Positions 44,935-56,199 of a stretch of 64,000 nucleotides of DNA are shown here, piece after piece (within the stretch, counting starts at the first letter, position 1; each line of letters starts with the position of its first letter). Origin of the DNA: Frateuria sp. (lineage in GTDB: Bacteria > Pseudomonadota > Gammaproteobacteria > Xanthomonadales > Rhodanobacteraceae). Location of the stretch: the NCBI RefSeq assembly GCF_035943815.1, contig NZ_DASZBU010000018.1, positions 23,353 to 87,352 on the forward strand. The letters are read 5' to 3'. The notes beneath the pieces were generated by a model that was not told the origin of the DNA, did no database searches, and was given only the letters and a program-made list of their open reading frames with translations. A program made the translations under genes and the position numbers.

Positions 44935-46008
44935 TCAGGCGGCCTCGCGCCTCCACAGATGCTCCCAGCCGAGCCCGCGGAAGCAGGGGCCGGTGGTCGC
45001 CTCGGAGAACTTGATGTCGTTGTAGCGCGCGTTCCATTCCATGATGCGCGGCCGCTCCTGCCGGTCGATGCACAGGTCCCAGCCCAGGCAGAGCATGTGC
45101 GGGCAGCTCTGGTGCAGCGTCTTGCACAGCTCTGCCGCCTCGTCGTAGCGCGGGATCGCCTGGCCGGCGAAGCGGAAGCCGGTGTCGGGGTGGGTTTCCG
45201 TGCGCTGCCAGTCGTGCAGGTAGCCGGTGTCGCCCAGCGTGCCGCGCGCGGCATCCACGGCCACGCGTACGTGGCTGCGGCAGCTCACGATGTCGTCGCT
45301 GGCGCGGCCCAGCCGCAGGTAGGCGGCCTTCACCGCGATGCGGCCGTCGAGCTCGCGCGCGGTGGTGATGCGCAGCGTCGCGGTGGAGCGCGGGCTCATC
45401 GCGGCGAAGAAATCGTGCTGGTGGATCGGCGCCTGGAACACGCCATCCGGAAGCCGGACCGCGCCGCCCGCAGGAAAATCCGCCCGCGTCATGAAGGTCA
45501 CGCTGCGGCCCTGGTAGGAGTTGTCGGCCTTGAACACGGTGCGCTCGTCCTGGGCGAACAGGATCTCGGGCAGCTCCGCCGCCGAGACCGGACGGTAATC
45601 GCGTGCGTAGAAGATGCCGTCGATCACGTAGGCGAGGTCCGGCAGCGCGTCGGTGTCCAGGATGCGGTTGGTGAAGGACTTGACCAGCGCGACCTTGGCC
45701 ACCTCGCCGCCCTTGAGCGGATCGACCACCAGGCCGTAGTAGTTGTCCGGAATCCAGCCTTCGCGGAAGCCACCGCTGACGGCGGTGTAGACCTGCAGCC
45801 AGGGCGCGTAGCGGGCGCTGCCCAGCACTTCCCGCGCGTACTCGTCCGCGCGACGGACGTGCGCCTTGTTGGTCAGTCCGCGCTGGCGCTCCACCGCGCG
45901 AAGCACGGTGTGTGCTTGGTGGTTGGAATGGATCTGGCGCAGCTCCGTGAAGACGCGGGCGGCGGCGGCGGCAGTGGAGTTCTTCAGCGATGTGGGCGAG
46001 AGGGGCAT
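44935..46008 (-). CDS. ATP-grasp protein of the 'sugar-transfer-associated' type
   Basis: ORF trimmed to the ATG at 46008. ...ELDGRIAVKAAYLRLGR..., THPDTGFRFAGQAIPRYDEA and LGWDLCIDRQERPRIMEWNA resemble ATPgrasp_ST proteins. The assignment is from memory. Confidence 0.55.
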   Translation of the reverse strand: MPLSPTSLKNSTAAAAARVFTELRQIHSNHQAHTVLRAVERQRGLTNKAHVRRADEYAREVLGSARYAPWLQVYTAVSGGFREGWIPDNYYGLVVDPLKGGEVAKVALVKSFTNRILDTDALPDLAYVIDGIFYARDYRPVSAAELPEILFAQDERTVFKADNSYQGRSVTFMTRADFPAGGAVRLPDGVFQAPIHQHDFFAAMSPRSTATLRITTARELDGRIAVKAAYLRLGRASDDIVSCRSHVRVAVDAARGTLGDTGYLHDWQRTETHPDTGFRFAGQAIPRYDEAAELCKTLHQSCPHMLCLGWDLCIDRQERPRIMEWNARYNDIKFSEATTGPCFRGLGWEHLWRREAA

Positions 46009-46164
46009 CCTGCGCTCCTTACGGTGGACGGCCGGGCAGGGCGGATGACCTGCGGAATGCGCCTGCGCGGGCGTCACCATGGTCGTCCGCGCCCACGGCA
46101 GGTGGCCACGCGTGATACCGGGGCGGTCCTCAAGAGGCCGTGAAAGAGCGTGGCGCGCGCCGCC

Positions 46165-46671
46165 TCAGCCCGCTTCGGCGCGCCGGGGCAGCTTCCAGCC
46201 GGGCCGCACGAAGTGGCAGGTGTAGCCGGTGGGGTAGTGCTGCAGGTAGTCCTGGTGCTCGGGCTCGGCCTCCCAGAAATCGCCGGCCGGCTCGACTTCG
46301 GTCACCACCTTGCCGGGCCACAGGCCGGAGGCGTCCACGTCGGCGATGGTGTCCTCGGCGACGCGCCGCTGCTCCTCGCTGGTGAAGTAGATCGCCGAGC
46401 GGTAGCTGCTGCCGCGGTCGTTGCCCTGCCGATCGGGCGTGCTCGGGTCGTGGATCTGGAAGAAGAATTCCAGCAACTGGCGGTAGCTGATGCGCTGCGG
46501 GTCGAACAGGATCTCCACCGCCTCGGCGTGGCTGCCGTGGTTGCGGTAGGTGGCGTTGCGCACGTCACCGCCGGAGTAGCCCACGCGGGTGGAGATCACG
46601 CCCGGCTGCTGGCGCAGCAGTTCCTGCACGCCCCAGAAGCAGCCGCCGGCAAGGATCGCTCGTTCATTCAT
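46165..46671 (-). CDS. msrA: Peptide-methionine (S)-S-oxide reductase MsrA
   Basis: [11 protein letters not shown] active-site motif, then GYSGG...[17 protein letters not shown]. The ATG overlaps the msrB stop (ATGA). Confidence 0.95.
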   Translation of the reverse strand: MNERAILAGGCFWGVQELLRQQPGVISTRVGYSGGDVRNATYRNHGSHAEAVEILFDPQRISYRQLLEFFFQIHDPSTPDRQGNDRGSSYRSAIYFTSEEQRRVAEDTIADVDASGLWPGKVVTEVEPAGDFWEAEPEHQDYLQHYPTGYTCHFVRPGWKLPRRAEAG

Positions 46672-47123
46672 GGCGTGGCCCTCTGCTCGAACAGTTTGCG
46701 GTAGTCGCCGTAGCCCTCGCGCTCCAGGTCATCGAGCGGCACGAATCGCAGCGAGGCGGAGTTGATGCAATAGCGCAGGCCGCCGGTCTCGCGCGGGCCG
46801 TCCGGGAAGACGTGGCCCAGATGGCTGTCGCCGTGGCTGGAGCGAACCTCGGTGCGGACCATGCCATGACTCATGTCGCGCTTCTCGACCACGTGCGCCG
46901 GCTCGACCGGGCGGCTGAAGCTGGGCCAGCCGCAATGGCTGTCGAACTTGTCCAGCGAAGTGAACAGCGGCTCACCCGATACCACGTCCACGTACAGGCC
47001 CGGCTCGCGGTGATCGTTGAAGGCGTTGTCGAAGGGCCGCTCGGTGCCGTTCTGCTGGGTCACGCGGAACTGCTCGGGCGTGAGGCGGGCGAGCGCCTCG
47101 GGCGTCTTGCGGTAGTCGGGCAT
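46668..47123 (-). CDS. msrB: Peptide-methionine (R)-S-oxide reductase MsrB
   Basis: ORF trimmed to the ATG at 47123. Motifs are [27 protein letters not shown] and RYCINS. Confidence 0.95.
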   Translation of the reverse strand: MPDYRKTPEALARLTPEQFRVTQQNGTERPFDNAFNDHREPGLYVDVVSGEPLFTSLDKFDSHCGWPSFSRPVEPAHVVEKRDMSHGMVRTEVRSSHGDSHLGHVFPDGPRETGGLRYCINSASLRFVPLDDLEREGYGDYRKLFEQRATP

Positions 47124-47281
47124 GGGCGGCCTCTCGGGATGCGTCGGCGTGTGCGGGAGGACATGGGGGCGGGCCGATGCCATCCAAGCGTGGGCAAGAA
47201 AAAGACGGCCCGCCTCGCGGCGGGCCGTAACGATCACCGCAACCGGCGGCTCCGGCGCAAGGGCGGAGCCGGGCGGGCAGG

Positions 47282-47758
47282 TCAGGCGGCCTGCGCCTCG
47301 AGCTGGCGCTGGCCGGTCGATTCGAGCGCGGTGTCCGCGCCGCCGATGGCGATGCGACGCGGGCGCATCGCTTCGGGAATCTCGCGCTCCAGCTCGATGG
47401 TGAGCAGACCGTCGGCGAGATGGGCGCCGGTCACCTTCACATGGTCGGCCAGTTCGAAGCGCCGGGAGAAGGCGCGACTGGCGATGCCGCGATACAGGTA
47501 TTCGCCGTCCTGATCGCCGTTCTTGCGCTCGCCGGTGACCACCAGCAGGTTGGGCTGCACCGAAATGTCCAGGTCCTCGCGGCGGAAGCCGGCGACCGCC
47601 ATGGTGATGCGGTAGCGGTCCTCGCTGAGCTTGACCGTGTCGTAGGGCGGCCAGTTGTCCACCGCCTGTGCGCGCGTGGCGTTTTCCAGCATGTCGAAAA
47701 TGCGGTCGAAACCGATGCTTGACCGATGCAGCGGAGCCAGATCGAACATCGTACGCAT
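47282..47758 (-). CDS. Small heat-shock protein (Hsp20/IbpA family)
   Basis: The ATG at 47758 has GAGGAGG upstream. [25 protein letters not shown]...[22 protein letters not shown]...LLTIEL. Confidence 0.9.
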   Translation of the reverse strand: MRTMFDLAPLHRSSIGFDRIFDMLENATRAQAVDNWPPYDTVKLSEDRYRITMAVAGFRREDLDISVQPNLLVVTGERKNGDQDGEYLYRGIASRAFSRRFELADHVKVTGAHLADGLLTIELEREIPEAMRPRRIAIGGADTALESTGQRQLEAQAA

Positions 47759-47843
47759 GACCATATCCTCCTCAAGAGCAACATGGAAAGGGAAGCCACC
47801 GGCCCATGGCCCGGGGGCGCCAGCCTGCCGGCTGGCGATCGGC

Positions 47844-47871
47844 ATTTAGGGGCGTCGTGGCAGCTTTCAAG
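47844..47871 (-). promoter_or_regulatory. RpoH (sigma-32)-type heat-shock promoter for hsp20
   Basis: The minus strand reads CTTGAAA-N12-CCCCTAAAT, compared with the consensus CTTGAA-N13-14-CCCCATNT. It lies ~85 nt upstream of the hsp20 ATG. Confidence 0.7.
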
Positions 47872-48049
47872 CGCCGAATTTCAGCGGACGTTTAGGCGCC
47901 CATTTGCGCGCATCGATCAATCGCGTGCGGTCAGGCCACCGGAGCGGGCGCTGCGCTGCGGTCGCGGGCATTGCCGTGGATGTGTTCGCCGCGGGGCCCT
48001 GCGGTGACCCGGCAAGGGACGCCGGCCCGCAAGGTGAGCATCGATGCGG

Positions 48050-48501
48050 TCAGCGCGCGTCCGACCGGCCGCGCGCGGCAGGGCGCTCCCACGGAGCCAT
48101 CGGTCCGGGTTCGAGCAGGAACAGTGGATGGCAGGCAGGACGCTTGGTGCGCCAGCGCTCCAGCAGCGCCGGATCGCGCAGCGTCAGCTTGGCGAGAAGG
48201 TGCTGCCACTCGAACTCCAACTGGCCGGCCGTCACCACGATCCCGGCGGCGGGCACCAGCGGACCGAGCTTGCCGCGGTCGAAGGCATAGCCGCGTACGG
48301 CGGCCTCCTGCTGCACCACGGCAAGGTAGGCATCGATCGCCACCTCGGGCGCGGCGTGCGCCCGGAAACGCTCCAGTTGCGGATGGTGCCGGTAGCCGCG
48401 CGTCTGTCCGCGCAGCACGGCGCGCGCCAGCAGCCCTCGCGCCACAGGGCGAGCAGGCCCTGGCGGTCCAGGTGCTTGGGGTGCAGGGTCCAGAGGCGCA
48501 T
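48050..48501 (-). pseudogene. Pyrimidine-dimer DNA glycosylase (endonuclease V-like), disrupted by a 1-nt frameshift near 48433-48436
   Basis: MRLWTLHPKHLDRQGLLALWREG is in one frame (from the ATG at 48501). It continues as (G)LLARAVLRGQTRGYRHHPQLERF... in the -1 neighbouring frame (ORF 48050..48568). The two ORF-track frames abut at GAGGGCTGCTGG. Confidence 0.75.
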
Positions 48502-48556
48502 GTGAAGGCCGGTCGACGGAGCGGGTGGCATTATGGCTCGCCCCGATCCGCACACC

Positions 48557-48570
48557 GGGCAGGGACAACT
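48557..48570 (+). repeat. Possible degenerate fifth copy of the motif (GGGCAGGGACAACT)
   Basis: Shares CAGGGACAAC with copy 2 but lacks the TGT, and is intergenic. Confidence 0.3.
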
Positions 48571-48659
48571 AGCTGCTTCGCCGGCCCCGGTTCCGGTTAC
48601 GCATGCCCTCGGGCCGACGCACCCGCACCGCTCGCGCGGTGCCTGCCGGAGCGACCCGC

Positions 48660-49673
48660 ATGCAAGCGCAACCCACTCCTGACACCATCCTGCAGACCGG
48701 CCTGGCGTTCTGGGCCTCCAAGACCCTGCTCAGCGCGATCGAGCTCGGCGTGTTCACCGAGCTTGCCTACGGCCCGCAGGCGCTGGAGAGCCTGCGCGAC
48801 GCGCTGGGCCTGCACCCGCGCGCGGCGCGCGACTTCCTCGACGCGCTGGTCGCGCTGGGCTTCCTCACGCGCAGCGACGGCCGCTACGCCAACACGCCCG
48901 ACACCGAGCTGTTCCTCGACCGCGGCAAGCCGTCCTACGTCGGCGGCATCCTGGAGATGGCCAACGCGCGCCTCTATCCGTTCTGGGCCGGCCTGACCCA
49001 GGCACTGCGCACCGGCCTGCCGCAGAACGAAGTCGCGCACGGCGATCCGGACCTGTTCGACACGCTCTACGCCGACCCGGCGCGGCTGAGGCAATTCCTC
49101 GCCGCGATGACCGGCATCAGCCACGGCGCCAACCTGGCGATCGCCCGCCAGTTCCCATGGGCGGACTACCGCACCTTCGTCGACGTCGGCACGGCGCAGG
49201 GCGATCTCGCCGCGCAGATCGCGCTGGCCCATCCGCACCTGCACGGCACCGGCTTCGACCTGCCGCCGGTGCGCCCGATCTTCGAGGAACACGTGCGCGC
49301 CCTCGGCGTCGCCGACCGCGTCACCTTCACGCCCGGCAGCTTCTTCGACCAGGCGCTGCCCCAGGCCGACGTCGTGCTGATGGGTCACATCCTGCACGAC
49401 TGGGACCTACCGACCAAACGCATGCTGATCGGCAAGGCCTACGACGCGCTGCCCGACGGCGGCGCGCTGTTGGTGTACGAGTCGATCATCGACGACGAGC
49501 GCAAGAGCAACGCCTTCGGCCTGCTGATGAGCCTCAACATGCTGATCGAGACCCCCGGCGGCTTCGACTACACCGGCGCCGATTGCGCCGGTTGGATGAC
49601 GGACGCCGGCTTTCGCCAGACGCGCGTCGAGCACCTGGTGGGGCCGGATTCAATGGTGGTGGGGATCCGGTAG
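48660..49673 (+). CDS. Class I SAM-dependent O-methyltransferase (Methyltransf_2 type with N-terminal dimerisation domain)
   Basis: ORF trimmed to the ATG at 48660. Motifs are [27 protein letters not shown] and [12 protein letters not shown]. Confidence 0.8.
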   Translation: MQAQPTPDTILQTGLAFWASKTLLSAIELGVFTELAYGPQALESLRDALGLHPRAARDFLDALVALGFLTRSDGRYANTPDTELFLDRGKPSYVGGILEMANARLYPFWAGLTQALRTGLPQNEVAHGDPDLFDTLYADPARLRQFLAAMTGISHGANLAIARQFPWADYRTFVDVGTAQGDLAAQIALAHPHLHGTGFDLPPVRPIFEEHVRALGVADRVTFTPGSFFDQALPQADVVLMGHILHDWDLPTKRMLIGKAYDALPDGGALLVYESIIDDERKSNAFGLLMSLNMLIETPGGFDYTGADCAGWMTDAGFRQTRVEHLVGPDSMVVGIR

Positions 49674-49782
49674 CTACGGCGGGTGTTGCGGTAGGGATAT
49701 GGCCACAAGACGCCAATTGAACGGCTCGACGACTTATTCACTTTCAAGTGCTCGCCAAGGACAATCCGCCCTCCACCACCGA

Positions 49783-51108
49783 TCAGCGCGAGGTTTCCGT
49801 CCCGCCCTGCTTGTAGATCACCCCACCCTTCATCACGAACGGCACGTGCTGCAGTGCGCCGATGTCGGTGGTGGGGTCGCCCTGTACGGCGATGATGTCG
49901 GCGTCCAGCCCGGGCTTGAGCTGACCGAATTTATCCTGCTGGCGCAGGATCTTCGCGTCGACGGCGGTGGCGGCGAGCAGGGCCTGGGCGGGGCGCATGC
50001 CGTCGCGCACCATCCACGCCAGTTCCTTGTAGTTGTCGCCGTGGGTGAACACGCCCACGTCGCTGCCGTTGCCGATGGTGACGCCGGCCTGCATGGCGAG
50101 CTTGAAGGCATGGGCGGACTGCTGCATGTCGGCATCGAGCGGCTGGCCGGGCTTCCAGCCGCGGAAGTATTCGGCGTAGGCGGCTTCGGCTTCCAGCGTG
50201 GGCAGGTAGGCGACGCCGTGCTGCTTCATCAGCGCGAACACTTCGGCGGTGCCGCCGTAGCCGTGCTCGATGGTGTCCACGCCGGCCAGCACGGCGCGAC
50301 GCATGCCTTCGGGCGTGGTCGAGTGCACGGATACGGGCAGGCCCAGCGAGTGCGCCGTTTCGACGCCGGCCTTCAGTTCTTCTTCGCTGAAGGTGGGCAC
50401 CGAGCCGTGGCTCTTGCCGCAGTGGTAGTCGGCGTAGATCTTGATCCAGTCGGCGCCGTGGCCGGCCTGATCGCGCACCGCGTCGATCATCTGCGGCACG
50501 CCGCTGACCGGGATGCCGCCTTGCGGCAGGTCCAGATCGCTGCGAACGCCCATCGGGCCGGGGCCGTAGCAATGGCTGGCGATGGTGGCGCGGGTGGCGA
50601 CGAACAGGTGCGGGCCGGGGATCAGGCCCTGGTCGATGGCGCGCTGCACGTCCACGTCGGCGTAGCCGGCGCCCTCGGTGCCCAGGTCGCGCAGCGCGGT
50701 GAAGCCGGCCATCAGCGTGTCGTGCGCGTGCTGCACGGCCTCGACGGTGCGGTAGGGCAGGCTCTCCTTGAGCACCTGGTCGTTCCACAGGGTTTCGTTG
50801 TACGGGTGCAGGAAGATGTGCGAGTGCGCGTCGATCAGGCCTGGCAGCAGGGTGGTGCCGGGCAGCTCGATGGTCTGCGTGCCGGGCGGGGCCTGGACCT
50901 GGCCCGCCGGGCCGATGGCGGCGATGCGGTCGCCCTGCACCAGTACGACCCAGCCGGGGTGCGCCTGCTCGCCGCGGGCGTCGAAGACGCGATCGGCCTT
51001 GAGCAGCCAAGGGTGGTCGGCCGGCTTGCGCACCGGCGCGGCGACGGCGGTGCCGGCCAGCAGCAGGCCGAGCAAGGCGGCCAGGACGTGGCGTGGGCGA
51101 TGGGGCAT
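49783..51108 (-). CDS. Secreted metal-dependent amidohydrolase
   Basis: ORF trimmed to the ATG at 51108 and has a signal peptide. [13 protein letters not shown] (HxH) and VSVHSTT...IEHG are amidohydrolase motifs. Confidence 0.8.
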   Translation of the reverse strand: MPHRPRHVLAALLGLLLAGTAVAAPVRKPADHPWLLKADRVFDARGEQAHPGWVVLVQGDRIAAIGPAGQVQAPPGTQTIELPGTTLLPGLIDAHSHIFLHPYNETLWNDQVLKESLPYRTVEAVQHAHDTLMAGFTALRDLGTEGAGYADVDVQRAIDQGLIPGPHLFVATRATIASHCYGPGPMGVRSDLDLPQGGIPVSGVPQMIDAVRDQAGHGADWIKIYADYHCGKSHGSVPTFSEEELKAGVETAHSLGLPVSVHSTTPEGMRRAVLAGVDTIEHGYGGTAEVFALMKQHGVAYLPTLEAEAAYAEYFRGWKPGQPLDADMQQSAHAFKLAMQAGVTIGNGSDVGVFTHGDNYKELAWMVRDGMRPAQALLAATAVDAKILRQQDKFGQLKPGLDADIIAVQGDPTTDIGALQHVPFVMKGGVIYKQGGTETSR

Positions 51109-51218
51109 GGGCGTTCTCCGGAGGGGCCTGACGGGCCTTTGTATCACCGCCGTGGCGGTCGGACCCATCGGTTGGACGCAATGAAGCGCACGCGGAGGCC
51201 GAGCGGCCGCGAAGCGGA

Positions 51219-52469
51219 TCAGTGCGTAGCGCTCACCGCCAGCTTCTGGCCGATCTGGATGTCGTCGCCGTGCAGGTGGTTCCAGTGCCTCAATTGGGCC
51301 ACCCGCACGTGGTAGTGCTGCGCGATCTTGAGCAGCGTGTCGCCGGCCTTGACCACGTGCGTGTGCACCTGCGCCGTGGCGGCCGGCGCGGGCGGCGGCG
51401 GGACATTCTCCGGCCGACGTGTCGCCGGGGACGGGTCGTCGCCCAGGTCGGGCAGGGCGGGCGCGGCTCCCACGCTGGCCATCAGGTTGGCCGAGCCGCC
51501 GGTGGCCTGCGCCAGCAGGGCCGTGCGCAATTGCGCTGCCTGCTTGCGCGGCAGCAGCAGGCTGCCGCCACGGCGGGCGTCCACGACGCCATTGCGGTAG
51601 CCCGCGTTGAGGCTGGCCAGCGTCGAGGGCGACATGCCCGTCAGGCGCGCCGCCTTGTCCAGCGACAACCGCTGGGTCACGGCCACTTCGACCAACTGCT
51701 GCTCGTCCTCGAGCACCGGCAGGGTGACGCCGAAGCGTTCTGGCTCGCGCACCACGCAGGCGATCGCCAGCAGCTTGACCAGGTGCTCGCGCGTGCCCGC
51801 ACGCACCTGCATCACCGGTACCGCCTGCCCGGACGGCGGCGCGCCGTCACGGGCCAGCAGGCGGTCGATGCTGAAGCGGCCGGCGTTGTACGCATAGTCG
51901 GCCAGCCGCCAGTCCTGGAACCAGTCGTGGTAGTGGCTGAGCAGGGCCATCACCGCATCGGTGGAGGCGGTGAGGTCGAGCCGGGCGTCGTAGGTGCGGT
52001 CGACCGCCAGGCCCATGTGGCGTGCCGTGTTCGGCACGATCTGCCACATGCCGGCCGGGCGGCTCTTCTGCGGCGGTACCGGCCGGAAGTGGCTTTCCAC
52101 CCAGGGCAATAGCGCAAATTCGCCGGGCACCTCGTGGCGCGCGGCGATTTCCTGCACGTAGAGCAGCCGCGGCAGCACCGCGCGCATCTGCGACTCGAAC
52201 CGCTGCGGGGAGGCGGTGTAGCGACGGGCCCAGGCCTCGATACCCGGGTCGCCGGCGCAGTCGGCCATCGCGAAGCTGCCGCGCAGGCGGTCCCAGACGT
52301 CGCTGCCGGTCGTGACCGTGGGGCTGGCCTGCTTGGCCGTGGCGATGTCGTGGATCTCGGCCGTCGGCGGCTCGACGCCGGGAGCGTGGGGCCGGGACGT
52401 GGGCGCGGTGGCGCAGGCGGTCAGCAGCAGCGCGAGCGCGAGCGGCAGGGGGCGCAGACGGTGTTTCAT
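51219..52469 (-). CDS. mltD: Membrane-bound lytic murein transglycosylase D-like lipoprotein with C-terminal LysM
   Basis: The ATG at 52469 overlaps the gloB stop (ATGA). Lipobox LLLTAC. SLT motifs are [15 protein letters not shown] and YAYNAG. LysM is [16 protein letters not shown]... Confidence 0.85.
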   Translation of the reverse strand: MKHRLRPLPLALALLLTACATAPTSRPHAPGVEPPTAEIHDIATAKQASPTVTTGSDVWDRLRGSFAMADCAGDPGIEAWARRYTASPQRFESQMRAVLPRLLYVQEIAARHEVPGEFALLPWVESHFRPVPPQKSRPAGMWQIVPNTARHMGLAVDRTYDARLDLTASTDAVMALLSHYHDWFQDWRLADYAYNAGRFSIDRLLARDGAPPSGQAVPVMQVRAGTREHLVKLLAIACVVREPERFGVTLPVLEDEQQLVEVAVTQRLSLDKAARLTGMSPSTLASLNAGYRNGVVDARRGGSLLLPRKQAAQLRTALLAQATGGSANLMASVGAAPALPDLGDDPSPATRRPENVPPPPAPAATAQVHTHVVKAGDTLLKIAQHYHVRVAQLRHWNHLHGDDIQIGQKLAVSATH

Positions 52470-53227
52470 CCTTGGAAAGCGTCCTTGGCGGCGCGCAGTG
52501 CTGCAAAGCGCGCGATGCGGTCGCCGGCGGCGTGCCGCCGGCCCCACTGGACCAGCGCGTCGCTGTCGATGCGCAGGAAGGGATTGCAGGCCAGTTCGCT
52601 GGACAGCGGCACCGGCACGGTGGGCTGCCCTTGCTCGCGGACGGCCGCGACACGTTCGCAGCGCGCGGCCAGTTCCGGGTTGGCGGGGTCCACCTGGCGG
52701 GCGAAGCGGCCGTTGGCCGCGGTGTATTCGTGGCCGCAGCAGACCAGCGTATCGCCGGGCAAGGCGGCAAGCCGTTCCAGCGAGGCGAGCATCTGCGCCG
52801 GCGTGCCCTCGAACAGGCGCCCGCAGCCGAGGCTGAACAAGGTATCGCCGCAGAGCAGCACGCCGGCACCGACATAGGCGATGTGGCTGCGCGTGTGGCC
52901 GGGCACCGCGAGCACGTCGAAGCGGGCCTGCGGCTGTTCCAGCGTGAACGCGTCGCCGTCGCCCACGCGGCGGTCGGCGTCGGCGATGCGCTCGTCCCAT
53001 GGCGCCACCACCTCGGCGCCGTGGCGCTCGCGCAGTGCGGCAGCGGCGCCGATGTGGTCGTTGTGGTGGTGGGTGAGCAAAATGGCGCGCAGCTGCAGCG
53101 CCCGCTCCTGCAGGGCGGCCTCGACCGGGGCTCGGTCGCCGGGATCGACGACGATCGCCTGGCCGCGGTCGTCGTGCAGCAACCATATGTAGTTGTCGGC
53201 GAGCGCCGGTAACGGTACGACGTGCAA
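52466..53227 (-). CDS. gloB: Hydroxyacylglutathione hydrolase (glyoxalase II)
   Basis: LADNYIWLL, ILLTHHHNDHIGA, VPGHTRSHIAY and CGHEYT. Confidence 0.95.
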   Translation of the reverse strand: MHVVPLPALADNYIWLLHDDRGQAIVVDPGDRAPVEAALQERALQLRAILLTHHHNDHIGAAAALRERHGAEVVAPWDERIADADRRVGDGDAFTLEQPQARFDVLAVPGHTRSHIAYVGAGVLLCGDTLFSLGCGRLFEGTPAQMLASLERLAALPGDTLVCCGHEYTAANGRFARQVDPANPELAARCERVAAVREQGQPTVPVPLSSELACNPFLRIDSDALVQWGRRHAAGDRIARFAALRAAKDAFQG

Positions 53228-53426
53228 GAACGGTCTCCGCAGCTTTTCGTATCGACTGGCGCAGGCAAGCGCTTGCGCGGGGCGCTCGACTATAGGCGGC
53301 GTCTGCGGGGCACGACGTTAGTGAGTCGTTAAACACGCGATTTGCGTTCAGCCTCGCCATGGCGATGCGTGACGCGCTTTCGGGCCCCAGCGGCTACACT
53401 CCCCTTTTGGGAGATCCGGGCGCGAC

Positions 53427-54107
53427 ATGGCACAGCGCAATCAAGACATCTATGCCAGCAAACCCATGCGCGGCCTGCTCGCCGCGGAGGCGCAGGCGCT
53501 GGCCGGAGAGCTGCAGCGTTGTGTCGGTGCCTATGCGCTGCAGGTTTCGGCGGTCGCGCACGCTCAGCCGCCCGCTTCACCGATGCTCGACCGCTGGGTG
53601 CACCTGCACCTGGACGGCAACCGTTGCGGCGGCGACCTGCACGCCCGCACCGACGAGCCGCTGCCGTTCCTCGACGATGCCTTCGGCCTGGTCCTGCTGA
53701 ACCATGCCGTGGAAGTAGCGCGGGATCCGCAGGTGCTGCTGCGCGAGGCCGCGCGCGTGCTGGCGCCCGGCGGCATGCTGGCGCTGACCGGCATGCACCC
53801 GGCGAGCGGCTGGCTGCCCTGGCTGCTGTGGCGGGCCCGGGCCGGCGTGAATCCCGAATCGCCGTTGCGCATCGGACGCTGGCTGCGCAGCGCCGAGCTC
53901 AACGTCGAACGCGTGCAGCGGGTGGGGCCGCTGTGGCCCAGCTCTGCTACCGTGCCGCACCATGGCGGTCCGCTGGGTGGCGGCTATCTGCTGATCGCAC
54001 GCAAGCGGCGCCAGGCCACCGCACCGATCCGGCTGCGTCCGCGGGCGATCGCCGCAGCGCCGGTGGCCGGACTCGCGCCCGGCGCACGCCGCAGCGCCGC
54101 CGCCTGA
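53427..54107 (+). CDS. Class I SAM-dependent methyltransferase (YafS-like position between gloB and rnhA)
   Basis: LPFLDDAFGLVLLNHAVE...REAARVLAPGGMLALTG. It occupies the same position as in the E. coli mltD-gloB-yafS-rnhA-dnaQ synteny. Confidence 0.7.
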   Translation: MAQRNQDIYASKPMRGLLAAEAQALAGELQRCVGAYALQVSAVAHAQPPASPMLDRWVHLHLDGNRCGGDLHARTDEPLPFLDDAFGLVLLNHAVEVARDPQVLLREAARVLAPGGMLALTGMHPASGWLPWLLWRARAGVNPESPLRIGRWLRSAELNVERVQRVGPLWPSSATVPHHGGPLGGGYLLIARKRRQATAPIRLRPRAIAAAPVAGLAPGARRSAAA

Positions 54108-54122
54108 GGTCTCCGGGAAACG

Positions 54123-54566
54123 ATGACCGAAGTCGAAGCGTTCACCGACGGCGCCTGCCTGGGCAACCCCGGGCCCGGCGGCTGGGCCGCGCTGCTGCGC
54201 GCCAAGGGTGTCGAGCGCCTGCTCGCCGGCGGCGAGCCGGACACCACCAACAACCGCATGGAGCTGATGGCCGCGATCGGCGCGCTGGAGGCGCTGACGC
54301 GCCCGTGCAAGGTCGTGCTCACCACCGATTCGCGCTACGTCATGCAGGGCATCGAAGAGTGGCTGCCGCGCTGGGTCGCCAACGGCTGGCGCACCTCCGA
54401 CAAGAAGCCGGTGAAGAACCAGGACCTGTGGGAGCGGCTGGCGGCGGCCAAGTCGCCCCATCAGGTACGCTGGCAGTGGGTGCGCGGCCACAACGGCCAC
54501 GTGGAAAACGAACGGGTGGACGTGGCGGCGCGCGAACAGGCCGAGCGTCACAGGGGCAGGGCATGA
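54123..54566 (+). CDS. rnhA: Ribonuclease HI
   Basis: [37 protein letters not shown] and [15 protein letters not shown]. Confidence 0.95.
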   Translation: MTEVEAFTDGACLGNPGPGGWAALLRAKGVERLLAGGEPDTTNNRMELMAAIGALEALTRPCKVVLTTDSRYVMQGIEEWLPRWVANGWRTSDKKPVKNQDLWERLAAAKSPHQVRWQWVRGHNGHVENERVDVAAREQAERHRGRA

Positions 54567-55294
54567 GGCAGATCGTTCTGGATACCGAGACCACTGGCCT
54601 GGAAGTGCGCCAGGGGCACCGGCTGATCGAAATCGCCTGCGTGGAACTGATCGAGCGCCGGCCCAGCGGGCGGCACTGGCAGACCTACCTGAACCCCGAA
54701 CGCGCGATCGACGAAGGCGCGCGGCAGGTCACCGGCATCGAGGACGAGTTCCTGCTCGACAAGCCGCATTTCGCCGAGGTGGTGGAAGAGTTCCTGGCTT
54801 TCATCGGCGACGCCGAGCTGATCATCCACAACGCGAGCTTCGACGTCGGCTTCCTCGATGCAGAGCTGGCGCGCGTGGGCGCGCACCTGGGCTGCATCGC
54901 CGATCGCTGCCGCGTGATCGACACGCTGGCGATGGCGCGCGAACGCTACCCCGGCCAGCGCAACAGCCTGGACGCGCTGTGCAAGCGCCTGGGCGTGGAC
55001 AACTCCGCGCGCGACCTGCACGGCGGCCTGATCGACGCCCAGCTGCTGGCCGACGTCTACCTGGCGATGACCTCGGGCCAGGTGGCACTGGACCTGGCCT
55101 TCGATCATGCGGCCGAGGAAGGCGGCGCCGCGGTGCTGGCGCCGGTCGCGCTGCTGCGCCGTCCGCGCGTGCTGCGTGCCGATGCCGCCGAACTGGCCGC
55201 GCACGAACAGCGCCTGGATGCGCTGGACAAGGCCGCCCAAGGCGGCAGCGTTTGGCGCCGTGCGCCGGCCGAGGTACTGGCCGCGGAGGCCTGA
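54563..55294 (+). CDS. dnaQ: DNA polymerase III epsilon subunit (3'-5' proofreading exonuclease)
   Basis: The ATG at 54563 overlaps the rnhA stop. Motifs are [23 protein letters not shown] and [14 protein letters not shown]. Confidence 0.95.
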   Translation: MRQIVLDTETTGLEVRQGHRLIEIACVELIERRPSGRHWQTYLNPERAIDEGARQVTGIEDEFLLDKPHFAEVVEEFLAFIGDAELIIHNASFDVGFLDAELARVGAHLGCIADRCRVIDTLAMARERYPGQRNSLDALCKRLGVDNSARDLHGGLIDAQLLADVYLAMTSGQVALDLAFDHAAEEGGAAVLAPVALLRRPRVLRADAAELAAHEQRLDALDKAAQGGSVWRRAPAEVLAAEA

Positions 55295-55339
55295 GAATCC
55301 GGCACACGCAACGGGCGCCGGGGTATTTGCATCCGCCGG

Positions 55340-56044
55340 TTACTTCACGCGCGCCAGAATCACCGTGATGTTGTCGTCCGCGCTGCCATCGAGCGCGGCG
55401 AGGAGCAGGTGATCGACGCATTCCTGTGCGGCGAGATCGTTGCGACCGACGATCCGAGCGATCGTGGCGTCCGCCAGGCCCTCGGTCAGTCCATCGCTGC
55501 ACAGCACAAACGCGCTGCCTGATTCGGTCCGCCCGCGGGCCATGCCGACGTGCAGGTGCTCGATCGCGGTGACGCCGAGCGCCTGGGTCAATACGTTGCG
55601 CTGCGGATGGCGCTCGGCCAGTGCCGGATCGAGCTGGCCGGCGGCGACCAGTTCCTGCACCAGCGAATGGTCGTGGCTGACCTGGCGCAGCGTGTCCGCC
55701 TGCCAGAGGTAGATGCGGCTGTCGCCGACCCAGGCCACCTCGTAGCGGTCGCCGGACAGGCGCAGGGCGGCGACGGTCGTGCCCATCGGCGGCGCATCGG
55801 GCGAGCCGCCAGCCTGCCTGAGCAGGCGCTCGCCCGCACCGCGCACTGCCTCGACCAGGCCGCGCCCTTGCGCGACCTGCTCCACGATGGCATCGCGCAC
55901 CAGCGCCGCGGCCACCTCACCATGCTGGTGCCCGCCCATGCCGTCGGCCACCAGGAACAGGCCCAGTGCCGGATCGGCGTAGTAGGTATCTTCGTTGCTC
56001 GCGCGGCGCAGGCCGACGTGGGTGCCGTGTCCGAACTCGATCAT
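55340..56044 (-). CDS. PP2C-family Ser/Thr phosphatase
   Basis: GLRRASNEDTY, FLVADGMGGHQHGEVA, VLCSDGL and DNITVILARV. Confidence 0.9.
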   Translation of the reverse strand: MIEFGHGTHVGLRRASNEDTYYADPALGLFLVADGMGGHQHGEVAAALVRDAIVEQVAQGRGLVEAVRGAGERLLRQAGGSPDAPPMGTTVAALRLSGDRYEVAWVGDSRIYLWQADTLRQVSHDHSLVQELVAAGQLDPALAERHPQRNVLTQALGVTAIEHLHVGMARGRTESGSAFVLCSDGLTEGLADATIARIVGRNDLAAQECVDHLLLAALDGSADDNITVILARVK

Positions 56045-56199
56045 GGGGGCGATGGGTAGTCGAAGCGATGCCCAGCATGCCGGATGCAGGCAGGCTTCGC
56101 AAAAATGCGAATGTCGACGTCAGGCCTCCATGCCTTCGAAAAGCATGGCCTCCCCTTGAGCCTTAACCCTTTGACCCGTTACCTCATTTTGCCCGTCTA

